64,000 nucleotides of DNA from Bacillota bacterium (GTDB taxonomy: Bacteria; Bacillota; Clostridia; Christensenellales; Aristaeellaceae). The stretch is from positions 51,630 to 115,629 of the forward strand of contig JAEWVC010000064.1 of the NCBI GenBank assembly GCA_023459275.1, in the 5' to 3' direction. The translations under genes and the position numbers were made by a program. Shown here piece by piece: positions 25,794 through 35,493 of this stretch. How positions within the stretch are numbered: the stretch's first letter is position 1; each line of letters starts with the position of its first letter. The notes under the pieces were generated by a model. It was not told the DNA's origin. It did not search any database and saw nothing but the letters and a program-made list of their open reading frames with translations.

Positions 25794-26831
25794 TTACCGC
25801 TGCACCCGCCCGGAACCGGAGCCCTTCATCAGGCTCTCCACTTCCTTCACGGACACGCGGTTGAAGTCGCCGTTGATGGTATGCTTGAGGCAGGAGGCCG
25901 CCACCGCGAACTCCAATGCCTTTTTCGCATCCCCGTAGGCCATAAGCCCGTAAATGAGCCCTGCGCCAAAGCTGTCGCCGCCGCCCACCCTGTCCACGAT
26001 GTGGGTGATCTGATACTTGCGGGAAAGCAAAAACTCCTTGCCGTCGTACAGGCAGGCACTCCAGTCGTTATGGTTGGCGGACTTGCTTTCCCGAAGGGTG
26101 ATGGCCACCCGCTTGATGTTGGGAAATTCCTTCATGGCCAGCTCCGCGATGGCTTTGTATTGCTCAATATTCAGTTCGCCTGTCTCCACCTGGGCGGAAG
26201 ATTCAGCCTTGAGGCCCAGGGACATTTGAAAGTCTTCCTCGTTGGCGATTACGGTGTCCACGTACTTCACCAGCTCCCGCATGACCTCGCTGGCGGATTT
26301 GCCGTACTTCCACAGATTTTTGCGGTAGTTGAGGTCGCAGCTCACATGCAGCCCCGCGGCCTTGGCGGCCTTTACCGCCTCCAGGCACAGGTCGGCCGCG
26401 CCCTGGCTGATGGCCGGGGTGATGCCGGTAAAGTGGAACCAGGACGCGCCCGCAAAGGCCTTCGCCCAGTCGATATCCCCGGGCTTGCCCTTGGCGATGG
26501 CCGAATCCGCCCGGTCGTAGATCACCTTGCTGGGGCGCTGCACGGCGCCCGTCTCCAGAAAGTACACCCCCATGCGGGCGGAGGACCTGGCGATATGGGA
26601 CACATCCACCCCAAAGCCCCGCACATCGCGCAGGCAAGCCTCGCCAATGTCGTTGTCCGGCAGGATGGTGACAAAGGCGGCGTCCATGCCGAAATTAGCC
26701 AGGGACACGGCCACATTGGCTTCCCCGCCGCCGAAGGTGGCTTCCAGTACCGGGGACTGGAACAGCCGGTCAAAGCCTGGGCTCTTGAGCCTTAACATGA
26801 TCTCGCCGAAGGTGACAACTTTGCTGCTCAT
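25794..26831 (-). CDS. kdgK: 2-dehydro-3-deoxygluconokinase (PfkB family)
   Basis: [15 protein letters not shown]...[16 protein letters not shown] at the N-terminus and the C-terminal [16 protein letters not shown] anion-hole motif. Confidence 0.9.
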   Translation of the reverse strand: MSSKVVTFGEIMLRLKSPGFDRLFQSPVLEATFGGGEANVAVSLANFGMDAAFVTILPDNDIGEACLRDVRGFGVDVSHIARSSARMGVYFLETGAVQRPSKVIYDRADSAIAKGKPGDIDWAKAFAGASWFHFTGITPAISQGAADLCLEAVKAAKAAGLHVSCDLNYRKNLWKYGKSASEVMRELVKYVDTVIANEEDFQMSLGLKAESSAQVETGELNIEQYKAIAELAMKEFPNIKRVAITLRESKSANHNDWSACLYDGKEFLLSRKYQITHIVDRVGGGDSFGAGLIYGLMAYGDAKKALEFAVAASCLKHTINGDFNRVSVKEVESLMKGSGSGRVQR

Positions 26832-26852
26832 AGCACTTCTCTCCTTATGAAC

Positions 26853-27809
26853 TTACTTTTGCAGAAGGTGGAAAGCAAAGCCCGCGATCTCATCCTTCAA
26901 ATAGATGGCCACCGGCTTGCCGTTCTTTTCCGTGGCGCTTGCTTCATCAAAGGCAAAGCCCCGCTGCATAAGATGCCATTTGGCCCGTGGGATGCTGTTG
27001 GTGCGGATGGCGATGTGGCCGTGGGTGCCCCGGAAAGGTTTCTTCATCATCTCGAAGGCCGTCCCCACGAAGGTGGAGCTGTTCCCGTCCTTTACTTCCC
27101 AGCCCAGCATACCGCAAAGAAGCTGCGCCTGCCGCATGGCGTTTTCCGGCGTTTCCGTGTTGATACCTATATGCGCCACCTCAAAGCCCAGCAAAATCGC
27201 CACAGCGCTCTTGGTAATGGCTTTGATTTTTTCCCAGTCCTTGGCGTTCACAGCATCCTGGGGCACCATCCAGCTTCCGCCGCAGGCTGCCACCTTGGGG
27301 AAGTTCAAATATTCCGTCAGATTCTTTTCGTTGACGCCGCCGGTAGGCACAAAGGTGATGCCGCCGTAGGGTGCGCTCAAAGCCTTGATCATGTTCAGGC
27401 CGCCCAGCGCTTCGGAAGGGAAGAACTTCACCGTTTGAAGCCCCAGGGAAAGTGCAACCTCAATGTCCGACGGGTTGGCGCAGCCGGGAAGAACAGGAAC
27501 GCCCTTTTCCTGGCAGTGCCTGACCACTTCCGGATTGATGCCCGGGGAGACGATGTACGCCGCGCCGGCCGCCACCGCCCTGTCCACCTGCTTAGTGGTA
27601 AGCACCGTGCCGGCACCCAGGATCACATCGGGAAGCTGCTCGTGCACAAGGCGGATGGCCTCCTCCGCCGCCGCGGAGCGGAAGGTGATCTCCGCCACAG
27701 GCAGGCCGCCCTCTTGGAGCGCTCTGCAAAGGGGCACAGCATCCTGCGCGTCCTCCACCTTGATGACGGGCACCAGCCCGGCCAGGGACAATTTTTCCAG
27801 CATATCCAT
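26853..27809 (-). CDS. eda: KDPG/KHG aldolase fused to a C-terminal VOC/glyoxalase-like domain
   Basis: Residues 1 to ~210 are Eda-like (VPVIKVEDAQDAVPLCRALQEGGLPVAEITFRS...GAGTVLT...IVSPG...KFFPSE). The extra ~105 aa (VAHIGINTE...GHIAIRTNSIPRAKWHL...AFHLLQK) resemble a VOC-type beta-alpha-beta-beta-beta module. Confidence 0.85.
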   Translation of the reverse strand: MDMLEKLSLAGLVPVIKVEDAQDAVPLCRALQEGGLPVAEITFRSAAAEEAIRLVHEQLPDVILGAGTVLTTKQVDRAVAAGAAYIVSPGINPEVVRHCQEKGVPVLPGCANPSDIEVALSLGLQTVKFFPSEALGGLNMIKALSAPYGGITFVPTGGVNEKNLTEYLNFPKVAACGGSWMVPQDAVNAKDWEKIKAITKSAVAILLGFEVAHIGINTETPENAMRQAQLLCGMLGWEVKDGNSSTFVGTAFEMMKKPFRGTHGHIAIRTNSIPRAKWHLMQRGFAFDEASATEKNGKPVAIYLKDEIAGFAFHLLQK

Positions 27810-27871
27810 TGTTTTGCCCTCCTATATGGTAAATTTTACAAGGGGAAAGCAGCAGAAAAGTAGTCCGGTAT

Positions 27872-28633
27872 CTACACGGCCCTTAACACGCGCTGAATCT
27901 TCCGCTGGGCCCGCAGGAGCAGCTGCCCATATTCGCCAATCTCCTTTTCTCCCATGCGGAAGGAAGGAGCGGAAATGCTCAGCGCGTAGGCAGGCAGATC
28001 ATCCCGGCCCCTGATGGCCACGCCCACGCAGCTTACGTTGAGGTTGCTCTCCTGGTTCTCGGTGGCATAGCCCGTTTCCCTGACCATTTCAAGCTGCCGC
28101 ATCAGCTCCTCCATATCGGTAACGGTATTTTTCGTCAGGGGAGCAAGTGTCCCGTCACCATAAAGCCCACGCACCTGCTCGTTGGAAAAGCAGGCCAAAA
28201 ACGCCTTACCCATGGCTGTGGCGTGCAGGGGCATACGCACCCCTACATGGCTGGACATGCGGATGGACTGGGTGGACTCCATCTTGTCGATATAGAGCAC
28301 ATCCAGCCCGTTCATGATCCCGCAGTGCATGGTCTCGTTGCAGGCGCGTGAAATATCAGCCATGTACTGCCTCAAGACGCTGGTGACATCCACATGGTTC
28401 ACCGCCGCGCTGCCCACCTCAAACATGCGCAGGCTAAGCTGATAGCGGGGGGAATTGTCGGGTTTACGAAGATATTTGTACTGCATCAGCGTATGCAAAA
28501 GGTTAAACGCACTGCTTTTGGGCATTTGCATGGCCTTGGCGATCTGATGCAGTTCCAATCCGTCCGGATGCTCGCTTATAAGCTCCAGTATCTCCAACCC
28601 GCGTGAAAGCGTTCTGTTCAGCGTTTCCGGCAT
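27872..28633 (-). CDS. IclR family transcriptional regulator (KdgR-like)
   Basis: N-terminal winged HTH (LSRGLEILELISEHPDGLELHQIAKAMQMPKSSAFNLLHTL) plus an IclR effector domain. ATG at 28633 is preferred (GAGGTG 4 nt upstream). The ORF-track start at 28654 is a TTG. Confidence 0.85.
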   Translation of the reverse strand: MPETLNRTLSRGLEILELISEHPDGLELHQIAKAMQMPKSSAFNLLHTLMQYKYLRKPDNSPRYQLSLRMFEVGSAAVNHVDVTSVLRQYMADISRACNETMHCGIMNGLDVLYIDKMESTQSIRMSSHVGVRMPLHATAMGKAFLACFSNEQVRGLYGDGTLAPLTKNTVTDMEELMRQLEMVRETGYATENQESNLNVSCVGVAIRGRDDLPAYALSISAPSFRMGEKEIGEYGQLLLRAQRKIQRVLRAV

Positions 28634-28656
28634 GCACACCTCACACAGCATCAATG

Positions 28657-28670
28657 TTCATATATATGAA
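28657..28670. promoter_or_regulatory. 14-bp perfect A/T-rich palindrome between promoter and IclR start codon
   Basis: TTCATATATATGAA, flanked by TGAAC direct repeats (TGAACGATATTCATATATATGAACATTG on the minus strand). Confidence 0.45.
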
Positions 28671-28690
28671 TATCGTTCAAAATCAAGAAT

Positions 28691-28719
28691 ATAATACCAC
28701 CATGCCGCACTGCCGTCAA
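28691..28719 (-). promoter_or_regulatory. candidate promoter of the IclR-eda-kdgK-Ldh_2 operon
   Basis: Minus strand: TTGACG (28719-28714), a 17-nt spacer, then TATTAT (28696-28691). Confidence 0.5.
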
Positions 28720-28795
28720 GCGGTTCTGCACGGCAAAAGCAGCAATTTTCAACAATCCTGGCATGTCTGGCCGGCAAAAAGGAAAATCCGGCTGC

Positions 28796-30295
28796 TCACC
28801 CATTTTCCTCATGCGCGCTTTCCAACAAGGTGGACTTCTGCCACTGCTTAGGCGAATAATGGAAATGATCCTTGAACCTTTTGGAGAACTGCACCACATC
28901 AGGATAGCCTACCCGGGCACCCACCTCGTAAATTTTGTATTTTCGCTGCCGTATCAGTTCCTGAGCGGCCTGCATCCGATGACGGAACAGATAATCGCTA
29001 AAGGAATAACCCGTATCGTTTTTGAAGACCATGCTCAGATGGGAGGTGCTGACCCCGATTTCCTTGGCAACCCGCTTGAGTGTCAGGGTTTCCGGATACC
29101 GCTTTTTGATGATGGCCAGCGCCTCCTTGGTATAAGGGCAGCCTATGGCTTGGGAGCGCATATACTCATACAGCTCACCCAGAAGCTGATGCAGGCGTAA
29201 AAAGGCATCATACAAATTGTTTTCCCCGCGCATGCGGCGCAGATATGCCCCCCTCTCCAGGCGTCCGGAAAAGGGAGCGCCATAGCATTCCTCCATTTGG
29301 CGGTAAGCATTCTCCAAAAACCTCGCGCACAGCTCCAGCTTTTCCGCATGGCCAAGCGGCTGTGCCCCGTCAAGCTCCTGAAGCAAGGCCCCCATGACGC
29401 CCTCAATTCGCTCATGGTTCAGGTTTTTAACCATCTCGCCGGACAAAGCCTTGGAGGTATCAAAAGATAAAGCGGAACGGGCCGCATCTTCGGAAACCGG
29501 ATATCTGTTTTTGAGCAGCACCAATAGACATTGGTCAAAGGCGGCACACACGCCATCCTCGCATGCACAAAATTCATAGCAGAAATGCTTTTGGTCCATA
29601 AACTCCCGAAAATCCCGGCACAGGGGTTCCTTTAGCCCTGGCAGGTGCAGAAGAAAAACCTGCACAGATTCAGATATCTCGGAAAAAAGCATCTTTGCGT
29701 CCACAGGAAGATTTTTCTCCAGCCAGAATCGAATTTCATCCAGCCTTCCCTCCGCCACGGCCGCGAGATAAAGGGAGGAATCCCTGACGATGCCGTAATA
29801 TTTCAGCAGGGCATGAAATGCCGGTTCAGACTGCGGCAGGCATGTCAGCATATTGCGTATGATCTCGCCCAATGCTTTTTGATCCAATTGCGGCAAATCG
29901 GCACGATGGGCGGCGGAAAGCTTCTGGACGCACCGCCTCACGCAGTCAAACAGTACCGGCGCTTCCAAAGGCTTTAAAAGATAATCGAATGCGCCGTAAG
30001 TGACGGCATCCTTGGCATAGGCAAAATCGGAGTACGCGCTGATGAAAATAAACTCGCAGGACAGCCCGTGAAGGCGTACCTGCTTGAGCAGCGCAACACC
30101 GTCCATATTCGGCATAGCAATATCCGTAATCACAAGATCCGGGCAACATTTCAAAACAGCCTGCAGCCCTTCCATTCCGTCAGCGCAGGTGTCGCAGACC
30201 GTGACCCCAAGCGCAGCCCAGTCGATATACTCCTTAAGGCCCAGGCGGATCAGTTTTTCATCATCAATGATGACCGCCTTCCACATGCCCATCAT
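28796..30295 (-). CDS. response regulator with AraC-type HTH output (YesN-like)
   Basis: Receiver domain (VIIDDEKLIRLGL...DLVITDIAMPNMDG) and a C-terminal AraC HTH (LKRVAKEIGVSTSHLSMVFK...). It overlaps the kinase stop (ATGA). The third ATG at 30286 is an alternative start. Confidence 0.85.
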   Translation of the reverse strand: MMGMWKAVIIDDEKLIRLGLKEYIDWAALGVTVCDTCADGMEGLQAVLKCCPDLVITDIAMPNMDGVALLKQVRLHGLSCEFIFISAYSDFAYAKDAVTYGAFDYLLKPLEAPVLFDCVRRCVQKLSAAHRADLPQLDQKALGEIIRNMLTCLPQSEPAFHALLKYYGIVRDSSLYLAAVAEGRLDEIRFWLEKNLPVDAKMLFSEISESVQVFLLHLPGLKEPLCRDFREFMDQKHFCYEFCACEDGVCAAFDQCLLVLLKNRYPVSEDAARSALSFDTSKALSGEMVKNLNHERIEGVMGALLQELDGAQPLGHAEKLELCARFLENAYRQMEECYGAPFSGRLERGAYLRRMRGENNLYDAFLRLHQLLGELYEYMRSQAIGCPYTKEALAIIKKRYPETLTLKRVAKEIGVSTSHLSMVFKNDTGYSFSDYLFRHRMQAAQELIRQRKYKIYEVGARVGYPDVVQFSKRFKDHFHYSPKQWQKSTLLESAHEENG

Positions 30296-32076
30296 CCCTC
30301 CTTTGCCGGAAATTCCAGCGCAACACGGGTGCCATGTCCATACTCGCTTTCTATTTCAAAAACATACTGTTCCGCAAAGTACAGGCGCAGCTGTCTATTG
30401 AGGGTGGCCAGCGCAAAAAACTGCTCCTCCGCCTGGTTGTTGCGGATGGATTGGCGTATTTCCTCCAAACGCTGGGCCGCAATGCCTACGCCGTCATCAT
30501 CCACGGTATAACGGATACGTCCCTTTGTCCCCTTTGCAAAGGTGATGCGTATATGCCCGCCCCGGTTGGGCGCAAGCCCGTGAATCACAGCGTTTTCCAG
30601 GATAGGCTGGAAGAGGTATTTGAGCACCGGCATATTGAAAAGCGTTTCATCCACGCTGATATCGGCCTCAATGGCATCATCCATCCGCACGTTTTGCAGC
30701 GCAATATAGCATCGGGAAATTTCCGCCGCTTCCTTGATGGTGATTGTATCACTGCCGTTGTTAAGCATAAGCCGGAAAAATTTGGTGAGCACGAATATGA
30801 TCTGGGAAATCTGCGGCACATTGTGTTTGTTGGCGATCCAATGAATGCTATCCAGCGTATTATAGATAAAATGCTCTTTGAGCTGGGTCTGGATGTACTT
30901 GAGCTCAAAGTCGTTTTTCATCAGGCGGCTTTCGTAATTTTCATAGATCAGGTTGTCAATGCTCTCCAGCAGTACATTAAGGCGATGGCTGATGTACCCC
31001 AGTTCATCCTTCCTGTTTGTGTGGATGCGTATGCTCAAATCGCCCTTTTCCGCGATGCGCATGGTATTGCTGATGTTGCGCATGGGCAGGATTACCTGGA
31101 GCAGCAGCAACAGCAAGCATGTAATAAAAATAGCTGCCAAAATCAGCAGGAAGTAAACGAAATACTGATCCACCACCATCAGTGAGGTATTGAAAAATGA
31201 CAGCGGCGCTGTGGCGACATAATACCAGTCCGCATAGCCGGAATAATAGTAAGCTGTCAGATAGTTTGCCTTGTTGTACACAAAAGGAGAATATCCGCTC
31301 TGCCCGGAAAAGGTGCTTGCGGCCATCGCTTGGGCTTGTGATTCCGCCCCGGGAGACGTGACGGATGCATGCGTTCCTCCGGAGGGCTGTATCAAAAGCT
31401 CCACCTGTTCGTCGGGATAATAGGCCCGAAGGCGTTTTACAAGCACATCCTGCCCTACAGCCGCCTTGGCATACAGCTGCAGGGAAGGGCTGGAGGCGCA
31501 AAAGATATGGCTGTAAGTAACAAAAAGCCATTTTTGCAGCGAGTCATCGTATTGCAGGTACCAGCTTTTCTCCCGTACGTCACCGCCTATCACCTCCTCC
31601 TGCTCTTCCCGGGAAGGGTTGACGGTGGTCTTGCGCGTGGCGGTGATCCTGTTGGAAAAAAGCACATTGCCATAAGGATTCCATAGCTTGATGGAATGCA
31701 GATAGTTGTTATTGATAAAAAACTGGTACAGGCGCCTGCTCTGGTCTTCCCGAAGCTGGTACTGCGCAAAGGAGGGCACGCCGGAAGTTTGCTGCATGGC
31801 AAAGGCGGCCTCGGAAAACTCCTGGGAGGCCTGCATTTGGCTTTGCAAAAAATTCACGCTGCGGAACACCTCCTCCATGGTATCGGAGATATTTCTAAGC
31901 GCGGAAACAAGCTGCAGGCCGCTGTCGATCTGCGCCCGCTGCCCTGCGGTGTGATGCAGCCAAGCGTAAAGCAGGAGCAGCGGCATTACAAAAACGGCCA
32001 CATACAGAAGCATGATTTTTTTCAAAAGGCTTGATGAAACAGAAAATCTGTGCCTTTGGGGCACTTTTTGCGTCAT
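30292..32076 (-). CDS. sensor histidine kinase (YesM-like, His_kinase/HATPase_c)
   Basis: Two TM helices flank a ~270-aa extracytoplasmic domain. These are followed by a HAMP region, the His box KEHFIYNTLDSI, and an ATPase region (ENAVIHGL...DDGVGI). Confidence 0.85.
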   Translation of the reverse strand: MTQKVPQRHRFSVSSSLLKKIMLLYVAVFVMPLLLLYAWLHHTAGQRAQIDSGLQLVSALRNISDTMEEVFRSVNFLQSQMQASQEFSEAAFAMQQTSGVPSFAQYQLREDQSRRLYQFFINNNYLHSIKLWNPYGNVLFSNRITATRKTTVNPSREEQEEVIGGDVREKSWYLQYDDSLQKWLFVTYSHIFCASSPSLQLYAKAAVGQDVLVKRLRAYYPDEQVELLIQPSGGTHASVTSPGAESQAQAMAASTFSGQSGYSPFVYNKANYLTAYYYSGYADWYYVATAPLSFFNTSLMVVDQYFVYFLLILAAIFITCLLLLLLQVILPMRNISNTMRIAEKGDLSIRIHTNRKDELGYISHRLNVLLESIDNLIYENYESRLMKNDFELKYIQTQLKEHFIYNTLDSIHWIANKHNVPQISQIIFVLTKFFRLMLNNGSDTITIKEAAEISRCYIALQNVRMDDAIEADISVDETLFNMPVLKYLFQPILENAVIHGLAPNRGGHIRITFAKGTKGRIRYTVDDDGVGIAAQRLEEIRQSIRNNQAEEQFFALATLNRQLRLYFAEQYVFEIESEYGHGTRVALEFPAKEG

Positions 32077-32344
32077 GCTTTTTTTCTACCTCCCCGTTCG
32101 TCTTTCATTTTATCAGCAGCGAAGTGCCGTGTAAAGAAACGCGCCGGCATTTGAGCGGCAAAATGCGCGTTGGCAGAAAGAAACATATACAAGCACAAAA
32201 AAACAGATGAAACGACAAAAGAAAAAAAACATGATGCGGGCATTTAACAAGTTTTCCGTCCTTGAGACCATGGACTCCGCTTCCCGCCATGCTACAATAC
32301 AGATACAAAATGATGCCGCAGTGAAATGCGGCCGGAGGAAACAG

Positions 32345-33172
32345 ATGCGCCTATACGTAAGCAACCTTGTGGCCGGCCTGGATACCGGCCTGGATGATAC
32401 AGACCTCCTGCTGCATGCCGTCTCCCCGTTTCACGGGCAGGCCGGCATCGAATTTTTTCTGCATACGCATTCCCAAAGGTACATGTCCCTGATGGAGAAC
32501 GTACCTTCCTGGCTAAAGGATTTGCCCGCGGCCGCCCACGGTCCGTTTATCGGTATTGAGGCTACCAGTCCCCAGGGCACACAGGAGCAGGCAAAGCTTC
32601 TGGAGGCTTACAGTTATGCTTTTACCATGGCAAGACGGCTCAAATCGCGTCACTTGGTAGTGCATACCCACCAGCGTGTGATCAGGCTGGAGGAAAAGGA
32701 GCAGGCGCAGCGCGACTGCCGGAACAATCTTGCCCTGCTTGCCAAGATGGGTGATCGGGAAGGTGTTGCCCTGGCCATCGAAAACCTGGGTATCCAACAC
32801 CAGGGCGTCAGCCTGTTTGACCAGGAAGATTTTCTGAAGCTGCTTGTGAGCTTTCCCAAGGCAGGCTGCCTGATTGATACGGGACACCTGCTGGTGGCGG
32901 GATGGGATATGGAACGGGTGCTGTCAGCGTTATCCGGGCAGATATGCGGCTACCACCTGCATGACAACGGCAGCCAGCAGGACAGTCATTACCGCATGGG
33001 AAAGGGGCGCTTTGACTTCGCTTCCTTTTTCAAGCTTTACCGGCGGTATACCCCCAATGCCGATATCACGCTGGAATACGGCGACGGCCAGGGCATTACC
33101 GCCGAGCAGATCAGCAGCGATCTTTATGATGTATTACGCGGCATCTCACCCGCGGGGGATGCCGGGCAATAA
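32345..33172 (+). CDS. sugar phosphate isomerase/epimerase (xylose isomerase-like TIM barrel)
   Basis: Typical AP_endonuc_2 family motifs: HLVVHTH, LAIENL, IDTGH and HLHDN. GGAGGAA lies 5 nt upstream of the ATG at 32345. Confidence 0.8.
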   Translation: MRLYVSNLVAGLDTGLDDTDLLLHAVSPFHGQAGIEFFLHTHSQRYMSLMENVPSWLKDLPAAAHGPFIGIEATSPQGTQEQAKLLEAYSYAFTMARRLKSRHLVVHTHQRVIRLEEKEQAQRDCRNNLALLAKMGDREGVALAIENLGIQHQGVSLFDQEDFLKLLVSFPKAGCLIDTGHLLVAGWDMERVLSALSGQICGYHLHDNGSQQDSHYRMGKGRFDFASFFKLYRRYTPNADITLEYGDGQGITAEQISSDLYDVLRGISPAGDAGQ

Positions 33173-33194
33173 TTTTTGAAAGGAGTCCCTGCCC

Positions 33195-34499
33195 ATGAAG
33201 AAATGCTTTAGCCTTCTGTTGGTCCTGGCCATGCTCCTCACTTTGGGAGCGGTCCCGGTAACGGCTGCCATGGCATCCGGCGCGCCAATCGAACTGACCT
33301 TTTTTTACCCTGTAGGTGTCGGCGGGCCGCTGGCCACCCTGATCGAGAATCTGGCCGCCGAGTTCACCAAGGAAAATCCGGAAATCAAGCTGAACCCGGT
33401 ATTTGCAGGCAATTCTGTGGAAACCATGGCCAAGACTGTTTCGGCCGTACAGGGAGGCACCCCGCCGGACTTTGCCATCCTGGGCAATTCCGAACTCTAT
33501 TCTCTGGTTACCATGGACGCCATTATTCCCCTGGATGATTTTATCGCCGCAGACGGCGGCCAGGAGTATATTGACGATTTCCTGCCGGCATTCATGAAAA
33601 ACTCCTACTATGATGGAAAGACCTGGAGCATCCCATATCAGCGCAGCACCATCATCATGTACTACAACAAAGATATGTTCCGGGAGGCCGGCCTGGATCC
33701 CGAAACACCGCCTGCTACCTGGAAAGAGCTTCGCGAGGCTGCCGGGAAGCTGACCGTCCGGGATTCCTCCGGCAACGTGACCCGCTGGGGCGTGATGATC
33801 CCCATGGACGACCCCTTTATGTTCTCGGCTTTTGCGCTGCAAAACAGCGAAAACGGCGAAAACCTTATGACCGAGGATGGGCTGACCGCACTGTTTGACA
33901 CCCAAGGCAACATTGAGGCGCTGGAGTTCCTGATCTCCCTGGCCAAGAACGACAAAGTGATGCCAGAAGGCTCCATCAAGTGGGCAGATGGCCCCGCGAA
34001 CTTCATGGCAGGAACGGCGGCTATCACTTACACCTCCACCGGGAGCCTGACCAACATTCTCAAAAACAGCGGCTTTGAGGTTGGAACCTGCTTCCTGCCT
34101 GCCGGCAAGCGATACGGCTCCCCCACCGGCGGCGCAAACCTGTATATCTTCAAGGGCACTCCCCCTGAAAAACAAGCTGCCGCCTGGAAATTCATCCGTT
34201 GGCTGACCCAGCCGGAGCGCACCGCCCAATGGAATATTGACACAGGGTATGTGGCTACCCGCAAGAGCGCCTTTGATACCGACCTCCTGAAGGAGTATTA
34301 CCAGGTGGTACCCCAAGCCAAGACGGGCGGGGACCAACTCCCCTATGCAGCCAGCGAACTGATGCTTTTTGACAACCAGCGCAACTGGCAGGTACTGAAG
34401 GTGGCTATCGATGCCGCTCTCACCGGCGCCAAGACACCCGCCGGGGCGCTGGCGGAGGCCCAGGCCCAGGCGGACGCGATCCTCGCGGATTATCAATAA
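33195..34499 (+). CDS. ABC transporter extracellular solute-binding protein (family 1, carbohydrate)
   Basis: Signal peptide MKKCFSLLLVLAMLLTLGAVPVTA and an SBP_bac_1-like body. It lies upstream of two CUT1 permease genes. Confidence 0.9.
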   Translation: MKKCFSLLLVLAMLLTLGAVPVTAAMASGAPIELTFFYPVGVGGPLATLIENLAAEFTKENPEIKLNPVFAGNSVETMAKTVSAVQGGTPPDFAILGNSELYSLVTMDAIIPLDDFIAADGGQEYIDDFLPAFMKNSYYDGKTWSIPYQRSTIIMYYNKDMFREAGLDPETPPATWKELREAAGKLTVRDSSGNVTRWGVMIPMDDPFMFSAFALQNSENGENLMTEDGLTALFDTQGNIEALEFLISLAKNDKVMPEGSIKWADGPANFMAGTAAITYTSTGSLTNILKNSGFEVGTCFLPAGKRYGSPTGGANLYIFKGTPPEKQAAAWKFIRWLTQPERTAQWNIDTGYVATRKSAFDTDLLKEYYQVVPQAKTGGDQLPYAASELMLFDNQRNWQVLKVAIDAALTGAKTPAGALAEAQAQADAILADYQ

Positions 34500-34567
34500 C
34501 CGTCCTGCGGGCGGGGGACCGGACCGGCCTCCCGCCCTTTTACAGGGCATACACGGCAAGGAGAAAC

Positions 34568-35476
34568 ATGTCTATGGACATCCGGGCACATGCAAAACGC
34601 CGGTGGAAAACAACGGTGTTCGGCTGGTTTTTAATGCTGCCGTCACTGCTGTTTCTTGGCGGGTTTACTTTTTCCCCGATTGCAGCTTCCGTGGTGCAAA
34701 GTTTCTTGCGCGTCAACAAGCGCACAAAGGCGCAGGTTTTCTCGGGACTGCAAAATTACGCAAACGTATTCAAGGATCCGGTTTTCGGCACGGTCCTTGT
34801 TAATACGCTTCGCTTTTCCCTGATTGTGATTCCCCTGAGCATCGTGCTGGGGTTTGCCCTGGCCACGCTCTTCAGCAAAAAGTTCAAGGGGATCGGCATG
34901 GCGAGGGCTTTGGTTTTTTATCCCAATATTGCCCCGGTAATCGGTTTTGCCACCATCTGGTCGTTTCTTTTGACGCCTACCATCGGCCTCGTAAATACGC
35001 TCATGCGTTTTGCCGGCCTGCCGGCTGTAGATTTCCTGAACAATCCCCAAACCGCCCTGTACGCCATCATGGCCGTTTATCTCTGGCGGGAAGCCGGTTT
35101 TATCATGATCTTCTACATATCCGGCCTGGAAAATATCTCCCGGGAGTATTATGAAGCCGCCTATCTGGATGGTGCATCCCCTCTGGCCGTGCTTCGGAAA
35201 ATCACGCTGCCCATGGTCCGGCCCACGACGCTGTTCGCCCTCACCATCACCATGGCCAATGCCTTCAAGATGGTGGACCTAATTCTGATCATGACTACCA
35301 GAGGCGGTCCCAACAACAGCACCAACGTTTTAATGCATCACATCTACCTGACCGCCTTTATTTATTGGGATCAGGGACAGGCCGCAGTCCTCACGCTGGT
35401 GATGCTGGGTTTTATGCTGCTGGTGGCATGCATCCAGTTTTTTCTGATCGACAGGCGGACGTACTATGAAAATTGA
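34568..35476 (+). CDS. carbohydrate ABC transporter permease (MalF-like)
   Basis: Six TM helices and the EAA loop YYEAAYLDGASPLAVLRKITLP. Confidence 0.9.
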   Translation: MSMDIRAHAKRRWKTTVFGWFLMLPSLLFLGGFTFSPIAASVVQSFLRVNKRTKAQVFSGLQNYANVFKDPVFGTVLVNTLRFSLIVIPLSIVLGFALATLFSKKFKGIGMARALVFYPNIAPVIGFATIWSFLLTPTIGLVNTLMRFAGLPAVDFLNNPQTALYAIMAVYLWREAGFIMIFYISGLENISREYYEAAYLDGASPLAVLRKITLPMVRPTTLFALTITMANAFKMVDLILIMTTRGGPNNSTNVLMHHIYLTAFIYWDQGQAAVLTLVMLGFMLLVACIQFFLIDRRTYYEN

Positions 35477-35493
35477 AAGAAGGGAATGCGGCC

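Noticed and set aside
24375-26795. An 806-aa plus-strand ORF spanning the Ldh_2 and kdgK region.
   Set aside because: It is entirely antisense to two well-supported genes. Its product is low-complexity and rich in G/H/R/P. It starts inside dctP and has no SD.
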